Source: Takakia lepidozioides
Taxonomy: Eukaryota > Plantae > Bryophyta
Length of the DNA: 64,000 nucleotides
Reading direction: 5' to 3'
Assembly: GCA_030704615.1 (NCBI GenBank)
Contig: CM060733.1
Location: 73,408,001-73,472,000 of the forward strand
Shown here: positions 11,981 to 23,453 of the stretch, piece after piece
Layout of the letters: each line of letters opens with the position of its first letter
How positions within the stretch are numbered: the first letter of the stretch is position 1
Notes under the pieces: model-generated
Databases searched by the model: none
The model's input: the letters and a program-made list of their open reading frames with translations, nothing else
What the model was told of the DNA's origin: nothing
Translations under genes and position numbers: made by a program

Positions 11981-13917
11981 GTGATGGTGCGGTCACGTCC
12001 CCATCGGTACATGGAGGATGATTTCCGGAACGTTTATGCATCTGTACGGCCACCCAACCCGGGTTCGAATAATGGTGTGGTTGACATACCTCCACAAACA
12101 CCTCGGCGCCGTAGACTCGATGATGTGCCAATTGTACCACATGTGCCTGAACAAGCCCCCGGGCATCCCATTCCGCTTCCTTTGCCGCCTCAAGGCCCTA
12201 GGCCTCGAGGTCCAGAGCCATGAGGCCCCAATCGGCCCACATTCGAGGAACCCCCGCCGAAGGAGTGTTGGTGCAAGAAGTGTTGGGCACGGACACTACC
12301 GGGGTTTCGACCAGTCATGCGTTCGGCACACATTGTTGCGGACCACTACAAGAGAAATGGACTTGCAGATGCGGCAAGGGTGAGTCTCTAAGAACACATC
12401 ATACTAGCATTGATACTTTAGGGTTGTTCTAGTGTTTTGTAAATGTGACACAAGTTCAGTTAACTTAAATCTCTTGGGTAGGAACACAAATGGCTAATTA
12501 TTAAATCATATAAATGTATGTGCAGCCACGAGTCTTTGCCCAGGCGCGCAACCTCATTGCATCACAAGCATATGAGATGGGCCTTGCTTCGGAGTTGGAG
12601 GTCCATCTTGTGCTGGATGTGACCGTGTTTTTCCCTCAAGAGGCGGTAGATAGAATCCGTGAGACAAAGGGCTATGGATGGGCGCACAACCGGTTCGGTA
12701 GTCGGGCCGGACCATGGCCACCAACATCGACATCCCGGCCTTGTACCTCATCCACCACCGGCCAACGTTCCTACATGTCCTCCCGAGCTTGTACCTGCTC
12801 CACTATCTCCTGTTCCATGTCCACCATCTGCTCCCCTTCTATCTGATCCACCACCCGCCAATGTTCCCACATCTCATCCCGGCCTTGTACTTGCTCCACC
12901 ATCTCTTTTCCTTGTACATGATCCACCACCGTCCGACGTTCCCACATCTCATCCCGGCCTTGTATTTGCTCCACCATCTGATCCTGATCCATGTCCACCC
13001 TTTCTACCCTATGTGCCTGATCCAATACTACCAGTGGTACTCGACGCTCCCACATCTCTTCCCCTTGTACTTTCTTCCGCACCTCTTGATCCATTCCCAC
13101 CATCTCTTCCCATTCCACCACCTCCAGATGTAGCTTCTACACCCCCACCTTCTGTAGCATTCCACCCTCCCCTCCCCAAGAGCCATGTTGGGACTACAGG
13201 ACGTCGTGCACCTCGTACTCCCCGCAATGTAGGGCCCGTCCTGCACTTGAGGTTCATCGGGCCGAGGATCCAAACATCCGGGACCAGAACGATAGAAGGT
13301 TGCTCATGAGATCAATCAACCCCACTTGTTGGATGACCTCCCTTAGCCCTCCTACTCCTATTCCTGAGAATGAGCCATTCGTTTATTGGGGTAGGCGCTA
13401 TTGTGTAAGACCCGCAACTAACCCGGCCATGGGTCGTGGGCTCTTTGCGGTGGATGACATCCCAGTTCCCCGTAGAAGAGATCGGATAGTGGACTAATTG
13501 TTTCCCTATTTTGGTCCCTACTACACCACAGCTAAGTGGGGCACATTGCGTCGGGTGGCCCCTTAAATACGGCCTTTTGTTCTATGCGTGAACGATATTG
13601 ACATACGAGAGCGGATGTTGAGTCCCACGGAGAGAATTTATTGTGATGGCGACCCCGATGTCTTCAGCAATGTTGCAGGGCTCATCAATAGCTCCATTGG
13701 TGACTCCAGACGAACCGATGTACTATGGGATGAGCGACATGATGGGGATAGGAGACTAGTGCCTTCGATATCCACATTTGTCATGACATGTGCATGTAGG
13801 ACAATTAGGGCCGGATCCGAGTTGTTTGCCTCATATGAGTTCTCTGAGGAGGCATGGAACTGTAGGGATAACCATCAGTGGGATGTGTTCTGGAGACATG
13901 TTAGAAACAATCGGTAG
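11981..13917 (+). pseudogene. Spliced Pro-rich gene ending in a SET domain (two in-frame TAA stops), between CACTA transposase pieces
   Basis: MGRGLFAVDDI...GP...NVAGLINSS...CRTIRAGSELFASY, i.e. the SET motifs GxGLFA, RFINHS and ELxxDY. One frame reads through TAA at ~13495 and ~13564. Pro-rich ~75-bp repeats at 12730-13000. Confidence 0.75.
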
Positions 13918-14243
13918 GGATTCACAAAGAACCATGTTGGGTTGTTTGCAACTTGTCATGCGTTTATATACATATTTTTTACGATCGACATGGTGTCGAC
14001 ATTGTGATAATTGCATGTCCACTTCTCAATTGGCATATCAAACAATATATACAATATTTCATAACATGAATCATCGTCGTCATTGCTTGAGCATTCCATA
14101 TTTACTTTCATCCTTAAAAATAAAATGAAATCTTGGGCCTAACCTTTTAGATGGCTGGAAGAAAAGTACCAACACCACTAACATGTAATTTGAATAGAAC
14201 ATTGTATATTGTACTGAATAAATTGTTTTGGTCTTCTAATTAG

Positions 14244-14645
14244 GTGCATGCACCAGAAGTGTATGCATCGAGGCACCAACCATCTCATACCGGCATTGAG
14301 GTAGAGAATGTTGACTATGGCGAGGAGGACCATGAGATGAATGAGGCCGGTGCACCCCACTTGCATATTCCCGAAGACGTTGCAAGGGATGTTCCCAATG
14401 TTGAGGATGGTTTGGACCTTGATGAGGTCAGAGCCATGGAGGATCTTTTAATGAACCATTTGGGTGTCGAGGGACAACACATTGGGGATCATCACGATAC
14501 GTCCACGGTGGATGGAGAAGATCCGGGTCCAAGTGCAATGGAGGATGAGGCCAACACACCGTTGTACAAAGGGGCGAAAGTCAGCAGGCTTTCCACCATA
14601 TTGTTATTGCTTAATTTGCAAACCAGGTTTGGCATAAGCAATTTT
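14244..14645 (+). pseudogene. CACTA transposase N-terminal fragment
   Basis: EANTPLYKGAKVSRLSTILLLLNLQTRFGISN, the typical segment preceding the Transposase_21 region. Confidence 0.8.
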
Positions 14646-14646
14646 T

Positions 14647-15679
14647 GAGAGGGGGAGGGATAATGTTAGAGGGTTGTCAGGGACTTAGACAGTTTTACGG
14701 GTTCTGTGGGGTACCCTTAATTTTTGAGCAGACTTACGGATGGTAGACTTAGACCAACATAGGCCTTAGGGGTGGTAGACAGGCTTACACAGTCAGTCAC
14801 AGCCTTACACAGTTAGACACAGCTTGACACAACTTGTCACAGTCTGACATAGCCTTATACAGCTTATCACAGCCTGACACAGCTTGTCACAGCCTTACAC
14901 AGCCTATTACAATCTATCACAGCCCGACACAGCCCGACACAGTCAACCACAGCCTGACACAGCTTCACACAGCCTGTCACAGCCCGACACAGCCAGTCTC
15001 AGCTTGGCACAGTCACAACATTCACAATTTGACACAGCCCGTCACAGCATTCACAGGGAACGGTTACCATGGCAGGAAACGACTGTGTGGGAATGACATC
15101 TGCAGAGGGAACGTGCATTCTGTCTTGATGACAGTTAGTTAGTTAGGAAGTTAGAATAGCTTGCAGGTAGAATAGGCATAGTAGCAACAGGGAGGACACT
15201 TCTGGGATCACGACTTGGTCATCAGGGGAGGAGAGGATGATCTGGAGCTGAGGGATGGAGAGTGCAGTGGAGGAGGAGACACGAATTGTTGGTGCTTGAT
15301 TCATGCAAGCTGTAGAGTTGTACTGTAGAGCAGAATAGAGAGTGGGTTTGGCCTGATACATGATAGATATTAATCTGATACACATTCCATACTCGCACTG
15401 TGTAGAGAGATCTGAGTGAAGCTGTGGAATGAATGGATGAGTGATTGGAACCTGGTAGATTGCTGAAGCAATCTAATACTTAAACATAGACAATAAGGTA
15501 ACTTGCTAATATGAATGTGAGAAGGAATACAAATAGGAAGTACCCCCCCCATACACTAGCTGTAGGTCATGACTGATTGTTCTGAGCGGGCTGAGTGCTT
15601 AGAGATATCCAACTCTTCTATCTTGGAGTTCCCACCTCGGATAGCGAAGGGATGGGTGAGTAAAAGCCGCTCGACAACA
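14647..15679 (+). mobile_element. Polypurine tract + 3' LTR (~1.0 kb) of the adjacent Ty3/gypsy element (inverted relative to its internal region)
   Basis: PPT gagagggggaggga at 14647-14660. LTR TGTT (14664)...AACA (15679). Contains a 10-bp cacagc-type minisatellite (14785-15050) also present in the internal region at 20580-20705. Confidence 0.8.
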
Positions 15680-16628
15680 GCTAACATAATATGGCCCTTC
15701 TTGATAGCAAGATAGGGAGGGATGTTGTAATTAACGAGTGTCAAAGGCCAAGTTGAATGGCTACTAGACTGGACTGAGAATGGATTGACACCATCCATAG
15801 ACAAGCCGAGACGAACATGTCTAGGATCTTTGGAAACCCTCGAAATATTGCAGGTAACATTGGTACAGTGGTACAAGGGTGCAGCCTGCCAACAGCAGTA
15901 CAATTTCAGCTATGTTACACAGTCATGGAAAAGTGACAAAACCACCAACAAGTTCAGCACAGCCTTGGCCACTAAAGAGCTTTGTCTGCAAATGTGTATG
16001 CTCTTCATTCTCCTGTCACACATGAAAGGCTTGTGGACAATTTGACTCATGAAAACATTACTCTAGTGCAGTCCAGTGCAGAGGCGTGATCTCAGAAAAG
16101 GCCATTTCTCCTCAGTGTGTTTCCATGCTTGAGAATCATGGGGGCCACACACCTTTCTCGGGGGGGTTCGATGTGTCGCATGCCACTTCATGAGTTGTGC
16201 GAAGGATGGACTCCGAAATTGTGCTTTCAAGCGTGGGATGATTAGAAAATAATGCATTTTCTAACCCCACCCACAAGCAATATGACAAAATCAACTTCAT
16301 GTTTATATTTCCATGTACTCTCATATTACACATACATACATATGAATTGCACGACATACAATGGAAATTAGATAATTTACCTTTCGTGGGATCTTCTTTC
16401 CTTGGACATCATCTTGGTATCTAGATTGTTTGCACCGGGGACATGTGGTAGCACACTCATGGTCTCCATAGTACAAGGTCCGATCACAAGGACATGCACG
16501 GATAATTTTGTAACCCATCCCCACTTAGTCAAGGACTTGTCTTGCTTCTTTTCTCGAGCGTGGCATTTCTTACTCTAAATCGGGGGCGAGGATGTAGTCT
16601 CCAATAGTGCGCATGATTGCAGACGTGT
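15680..16628 (-). pseudogene. CACTA transposase Transposase_21 region (inverted), with an intron and a ~240-bp insertion
   Basis: MPRSRKEARQVL..GMGYKIIRACPCDRTLY..CPRCKQSRY; HYFLIIPRLK..LMKWH..HDSQAWKH; DPRHVRLGLSMDGVNPF..HSTWP..NYNIPP. Confidence 0.9.
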
Positions 16629-16630
16629 CC

Positions 16631-19600
16631 TCATGGTTTACTTAGGATCGGAAAACCTTTGTGAACGAGGACACTTCTGTCGGTGAGAGTCCCGTGGAGG
16701 GCTCTGTGTGCGAGCCCGAGCCCTGTCGCTAGCTGGTGGAGATGATTGTCCCCCAAATGGAAATGACTGCCCTTCCTTCGGCTAATAAGGAGGTAACTTC
16801 TTCGGCATAGGAGATCCTCGTCGTTTCTTCTTTGCCATTTGTATTGCATAGTCCTCAGCCATGTCAAAAGGTTCCTCCATAGAACCAGTAGTATCAGAAT
16901 CATCTTCCCCCCGTGGGCTTTTGGTGCCCGGACCTTAAGTGGCTTCTCAGGAATCCTGCGTGGCATACGGTGTTGGCCCACCATGTCTGGAAGCTGAAAC
17001 TTTAAAACTTGTATCAATCTCTTGCGGGCAAAATTAGTGTACTCCCGCAGCTCCTTGTCCGTATAGGTGAGGGGTGTGCCAATGACATTGGAACAGTGTA
17101 ACCATTTCCTGGCTTCATGTCCCTTAGAAAAAATGTGATCAAGAACCAAATTTTCTTTGGCCAAGTTGTCCAAAGCAAAATTGAACCAAGAACGAAGTTG
17201 GGGATCCTTCTGCAGCATGATCCTCACATCATACAAATATGTATGGGATGGAATTGAAGGTATCACCCAATGATCCTCAGACTTGGAATAAGTCTGAAAT
17301 TGCATCTGCATCTTTTGCTGCTCAACGTGATAGCGTGAAATGAAACAAGCAGCATAGTATAGTCCACAACCCATGACCAAACTAGGTACCTCCTTGGTCT
17401 TGGTGTAGATGTACCCATGAACAATCTGGAAGGCAGTCGACCTGCTGTGGTTGCTGTGATATTGGTGCCACTGTCCCTCCTATTGTTGGCAAGCCTTGCA
17501 CCTCCTGTGATGAAGATTGGAAAATCAGAGTCCTGGCATGCATATAAGTAGCCATGAGCTGTTCCTCAAGAACAAAGACCCTTTTGTCAATGTTGGAACT
17601 CAAGTCATCCACTTGAGTCTGCAGCCCTTCCACATCCTCCTACAACTCAGCTATACGACTATAGATATTGTCTATAGTGGCTGTGGCAATGTTCTGCACC
17701 CATAGCCTGAGATCATTCATTTCCTCTTGGGTGAGCTTCCTTGGTGCCTTCCCTTCCACAGGTCCTTGTGTTAACCACTCTTGCAACAGATGATTATCCA
17801 CGACGTCCTGTATAGCACCACGGAGATCCTGCTCCTCCTTGAGTCTGTACATGTCCAACTGCTGCTGTAAAGCCTCCATGCGCTTTGCATGAGGTTCAAC
17901 CAGAGCTGCATAGGCAGCAGACAGATTATTGGCTTCTTTCCAGGCTTTACAGTCACAGAAAGCTCATTCTCCTGTACTATGAGTTTTTGCTGCAACTCAA
18001 GGATGTACCTGTCCTTCTGGGCATCAATCTGACTGTACTGTTGAAAGGTATCCTCATTGCAACAAATAGTAGCCTTCAAGTCAGCAATGAGTTTTGCCTG
18101 CTCCACTGACTCAGCCTCCACCATTAAACATCTCTCAGCTTGATTCTTAACCTCTAATGCAGTCAGCTCCAGAGTAGTTGTTAGTGTGGCACATTGGCTG
18201 GTCATTTTCTGATGAATTGTTTCCAACTCTGTATGAAGCAACTTCACTGCTTCACCTGCAATTGCTATAGCTATTGCTTATGGACTTCATGCAACTTCTC
18301 TTGCTCCAGACCTGCTTCAATCAAGTTTTCCTTCGCAAGCTGTAGAGCAAATTGAGTGTCCTCCAACTCTTTCTGGAACTTAAGGTTGGTCTCCACATCC
18401 ACCTTATTTGCACACTCAGTGGCAATTCTTGCCTCAAACTCTTGCTTGAGCTCCTCCTCAATGCTGCCAATTGTGTGGAAGGAACATGGGATTTCACATA
18501 GGTGCCCAACAAATTAAGTGTCCTGCTTATGGAACTCATAAGCATGGCCTGCTGTGGGTCTTCATAGAGAACTTGCTGCTGTTCTCCCTGATCCTCCACA
18601 GTTTGATGTTTCACAAACCAGTCAGGCCATGATCCCACAGGATCTTCTTCCTGAGCAACCTCATCCTCCACAGGTGCTATAGTGCCCTTGCACTCTACCC
18701 TTTTAACCTCCTCCACAGGTTTGGACATGACTTGCACAACAGGGATTTCCTTGGTCAGACTCTGCATCTTTGGTACTACTGGTTCTCCAACTATGCCAGA
18801 GTTTTCTTAGAGAAGGTCACATTTCTCAAATTCTGCCACTACTTGCTCTGTAGTGGGGATGTCCTACCCTTCTCCCTCCACAGCAAGAGGCTCTGGTGTG
18901 ACAGTATGTACAATCTGAGTTACCCCTGGGACAACCGGGTCAACTGGCTGTGGTGGCTGTGGTACTGAGGTAACTTCTTCCTCCCTCTCCAAAGGCCGTG
19001 CTTCTAGCAATAACAGCCCCTTGTGTTGTTGCTCCTCACCCTGCACAAGAACTATGGAAACATCATCTTGTGGTTTCCTTGTAGCTAGTGGATCTGCCAC
19101 TACAATCGCATCCCGCTTCTGTCTCTTGGACTGGTGCTGCCCCTCCAATCCCCCTTCACCTTGTGAAGAACACTGCTCCTCAACTGTAGTTGTGCTCCTC
19201 CCATCATTTGCGTTCTCGCGCATCAAGCAAACAAGAGTCAAAGATAATTTGTGCAATTATTGGGCCAGACACAATGATCGGGGACTTAGCAGTAGTATTT
19301 TGTAACCGCTTCATCTCCTCCACCAAACCATTGTAGATCATCTCCGCCCAAACTACATCCTCTCCTCTCAAGATCTGCTAAGATACTGTTGGTTCTGGCA
19401 AACTTTTAGTATTGGCCAACTTCCCTTAACCCTGGATACTCGGCCTTGGTGCAGGTGTATCTCTGGGTTCCGAAGAAACTCGTTTCTTGGAACATATCCC
19501 CTATTTGCAATCTTGCCCTGTGTTCATCCACGTTCACATTACCAGATGGCAATTCAAACAGTTGTTGCAAGTACTGCGGAGTAATCTCTGTATCCACTCC

Positions 19601-19810
19601 CTTCACCTTGGTAACTCCTGTTCGAGGCTCAAAGTTCTGGATGAATTGGATCATCAACCCGTGATGATGCAAAGACCACTCTTTGCGTAACAACCCTTCC
19701 AATCGCAGCTCCTTCAGCAGCTGCACTACCTGTGGCGTAGCAATTGTTTGCTTCTGTAGAATCATGGTGCTCTTCACCCTGAGATCCTCCATCCCTCTAA
19801 TTCTCTTCAT
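16631..19810 (-). pseudogene. Extra 3' ORF of the gypsy element (Athila ORF-like N-terminus, then acidic/coiled-coil region), fragmented
   Basis: LEGLLRKEW..LMIQFIQNF..VKGVDTEITPQYLQQLFELP resembles plant retroelement accessory ORFs. Q/E/L-rich heptad-like pieces at 17380-18770. Confidence 0.55.
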
Positions 19811-20849
19811 CTTGGACAAACAAAAAGGCCTTGTTTGGAATAGTTGTAGGAAAGCTTGCAGGGCGTAAAGCATGAAAGTATGGTTGGCACAGAATGGAAC
19901 GGGTAAATGATTGTAAGCCTGTGGGGCTTGCAAATAGTGAGTGAGAGAGAATGTACTTTCAACCCGTCCGTCCTTGTGCCACTGCATAAGAAGTAAAGCT
20001 AGCATATAGTCTGTGATATCCGCCATAGCTACAAAGCTATAGCTTTGATTGCCCCTCCCGTTGAGACGTTGGTTATCCGAAGCAACCCCTACTCTTCCGC
20101 TCATAACTTTTTTAATTTCTTGTTCTCGTTTCTTGAATGGAACCACTTGCACGAAATTCCCGCTCTTGATTGGTCGTTGCCTCAATGGGTAATTTCTCAA
20201 TTTCACCTTCATCTGTTCACATTCCAAATTGGAATGCCCACTAGGACTGCACATGTGGCAAAGGTCCCCCTTTGCCGGAGGCATAAAGGGTTCCGTTACC
20301 TGCCCTCTGGATGCATTAATGGGCCCGTAATTAGTGTACCGGGTAGGTACTTTGACGGCCCCGTTTGTCTTCTTGCATGATGACGCCCGCTATTGCAGTA
20401 CATGCAATGCGGAGCGCTTTGCCCCTTAGGCCACGTGTTTGAATTCAAACACTCTAACGTCTCCCTCTGTCCGCGTGGCACATTCTCCGAGTTTGACTTC
20501 CAAACTGCCTTTACACTCACCGGCCACTTTGCTGACGTTAACCCGTGTCCACCTGTCACTGACCTTATGGACTGTACAACCTGTGTGGGCTGTGTTGGGC
20601 TGTGATAGGCTGTGTCAAGCTGTTGTGAGCCGTGATATGCTGTGTTAAACTGTGGTGGGCTGTGATATGTTGTGTTAGACTGTGGTGGGTTGTGATAGCT
20701 GTGTGAACACCCGTGTTCTCTGCTATGGCCATACACATTCGGCTTTACAACAAATGCTTCATGCTCCGCTGGTGTTACCGGTGTAGTCTGTGACTGCATC
20801 TGTGTTTCAAGATGCAAATCATGCTGCGATGGTCTATCATGGATACCAC

Positions 20850-22378
20850 TGTATCCCTTCAACTTATTGGCATTGACTTTACCAAGCATCTCTTTGTTAA
20901 TGGTTTGTAACATGGCTGTGTTGTTATCATACATCTTATGTATGACATAAGGCCCTTTCCATGGTGACTTAAGCTTAGAAGCTTTAATCTTTCCCTTCTT
21001 CTGCAACCACAGTACCAAATCACTTGTCTTAAAAGTCTTCAATTTACCTTCATCAAACTGATCCCTTCCTCTTCATCAATTCTGGTCATGTTATCCTGCA
21101 TCAGCACGTACTTCTTCCACATGATATAATTCATGTTTCCTTACTTTGAATCCTCCAATTCCATTCTCCTTCCCCATTCAGTTCTCATGGTAGGTAATTT
21201 ATACCATAAACTAATTGGAATGGTGTATACTTAGTGGTGACTTTATATGAAGTCCTGTATGACCACAAAGCTGTCAACAGCTTTGTATCCCAGTCTGTTC
21301 TGTTTGCATTGACTATCTTAGCCAAAATAGTGCATAATGTTTTGTTGGTGGCCTCTGCCTGTCCATTGCCCCGTGGGTAATATAGGTTGTACTCTTCCTG
21401 TGCACAATCATGAACTCTTTAGTCAATAGTTCTATGGTCTCATTGATGAAATGACTTCCTGGGTCAATGATAAATTCCAGGGGGCAGCCAAATCTTGTAA
21501 GTATGTTCTCATATAGGAACCTTGCTGTGGACTTAGCTATGTTGTCCCTCAGAGCCTTAGCTTCCACCCACTTTGTAGTGTAATCAGTGGCTGTGATTAT
21601 ATACTTGTTCTGTGTATTCCTGGCTGGTGGGTTAATTGGTCCAACAAAGTCTAGTCCCCATTTCTGAAATGGTTCAGTAGGCATCGTAGGATGCAAAGCC
21701 ATCTTCCCAGATCTTTGCAAAGGTCCTAGCCTCTGACACTCATCACAACCCTTGCAATACTTGTGTACATCTTTGAACAAAGTAGGCCACCAGTAACCTG
21801 CAAGTAGTATTTTTCTACTGGTAGTCTCCTCTCCAAAATGACCTCCAGCCACTCCTTTATGAACTTATTCCAAAACTTTATTTACTTCATGGTGGTATAA
21901 GCATCGTTTAAGAACTCCATCAAGTCCTAGCTTATACAATCTTCCCCCTATCATAGTGTATGGTAAAGCCTTGATAGCTATTCTTTTCCTTTGCTCCTTC
22001 CCATAACTGGGTGGGCACTGACCATGAGTAAGGTAGTATCTGATTGGCCACTGCCAATCTAACCAATCATCTGCACTTCCATGCACCTCCACTGCAAATA
22101 AACTCGCATCAGGCAGCTGGTCGTCTACTCCCGTGGCGACCTCTCCTGTTGATAGCCGTGACAAGTGATCTGCCTCAAGATGCAAATGGCCAGGCTTGTA
22201 AACAACTTCGAATTCAAACTCGTGCAAGATTATCATCCATCTTGCTATCCTGCCACTTATCAAAGGCTTGTTCACCAGATAAATCAAAGCTTGATGATCC
22301 ACATAAAACATAAACTTCCTTTCCAATAGGTAATGCCTGAATTTCTTGACTGCATAAATCATTGCCAAAGCCTCTCTT
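20850..22378 (-). pseudogene. Gypsy pol: RNase H end, integrase Zn-binding and DDE core
   Basis: REALAMIYAVKKFRHYL..DHQAL..ADHLSR; GGHFG..YWWPTLFKDV..CDECQR; WGLDFVGP..TDYTTKWVEA..RFGCPLE..DPGSHF; KLKSPWKGPY. Confidence 0.92.
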
Positions 22379-22379
22379 A

Positions 22380-22905
22380 GTTGTATACAGCAGATTCTAG
22401 ATGAGGCAAGCGTCAAGAAAATGAAGATGAGGGAGGAGGCAGCAGCTATTAGAGCCCGTAAGGCTTGTAGAGTTGTCTTGGATTCTGCTGAGGAAAGTGG
22501 GGGAGAAGAGGCAGAAGATTCCCAGGAGGTGAGGTGGACAGTCCCCCAAGGAGAGGACGGAATTTTTGAGAGGCATAGTGGAACTGATGCATCTCAGAGC
22601 TCGGAGGATGGGGGGGATGAGGGGGATGAGGAGGAAGGTGGGGCAAGTTCCTCGGAGGGTGTAGGAGAGTAGTGCCCATTCCGGCTATGACAATTAGGAC
22701 ACACTTGTATAGATGTGGCTTGCCACAAAATTTGCAATAAAATGTTGTATTTCATTGCTATGACGAGTCCACTGGTGCCACATTCCAACTTCACATGACC
22801 CTATTTCCGTGCCTCCTAACCCTATTTTTGTGGAGACACAATGGTCCGCCCATGTTTTTTTTTTTTTCCGCTCATGCTCATGCCGCTCATGAAATAGCAG
22901 CCCCC
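22380..22905 (+). mobile_element. Orphan fragment of an E2-family sister copy: 3' end of the ParB-MTase gene plus 3' flank
   Basis: Near-identical to 33990-34181 (MKMREEA..VRWTVPQGEDG), then continues to a stop (..SSEGVGE*, 22672). Confidence 0.85.
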
Positions 22906-22906
22906 C

Positions 22907-23170
22907 ATTGAGCAAGCTTCTGAAGAAGGATGCAGTGTTTGCATGGACAGCTGAATGTCAATAGGCATTTGAAGCACTTACATTGTCAGTAACAACTACA
23001 CCTGTGTTGATTAACCCTCACTGGCATGTAGTATTTCATGGACACTGTGATGTCTCAGGAGAAGCATTGGGAGCTGTGTTAGCCCAAAATGTCACAGGAA
23101 ACATAGATTCACCTGTGTACTATGCTAGCAGATTGTTGAACAGTGCGGAGAGGAACTATAGCACTACTAG
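22907..23170 (+). pseudogene. Gypsy RT-RNase H connector fragment (inverted piece of the 16631-22378 element)
   Basis: LLKKDAVFAWTAECQ*AFEAL..TPVL..CDVSGEALGAVLAQ..YYASRLLNSAERNYSTT, which normally continues into EREALA at 22378 (-). Confidence 0.88.
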
Positions 23171-23453
23171 ATTCTTCGATCTAGAGGCAGTCCGCATCAG
23201 CATTTCCTGCTTGTCCGGCCCCAAGCCCAACTGTTTTCCTTTCAAGAACTCGTTGTACCTTCATTGCTGCATGATTGACCTCACAATGTCCTCCATTGTG
23301 GCAGTGAGGATGTCCACCAGATGCGCCGCAGAGGAGGCACGCCAGGAAGAATGTACTGATTCGGCCATGTTTGTTGTCGACATGTCGGTGTCGGAGTCGA
23401 GACACATTTCCTGCATATGCACATGTTGAGGTTACAAGCAAGTTACAAATAAT
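23171..23453 (-). repeat. Diverged duplicate of E2 transposase segment 24191-24469
   Basis: attcttcgatct...agttacaaataatg aligns with substitutions and a small indel. Confidence 0.9.

Larger units (their letters stand above)
16631..22378 (-). mobile_element. Ty3/gypsy LTR retrotransposon internal region (RNase H, integrase, long 3' region with extra ORF)
   Basis: RNase H precedes integrase (gypsy order), followed by a degenerate extra ORF. Confidence 0.9.

Noticed and set aside
12714-13133. His/Leu-rich 139-aa ORF and antisense ORFs over the Pro-rich repeat
   Set aside because: Alternative frames of a ~75-bp tandem repeat.
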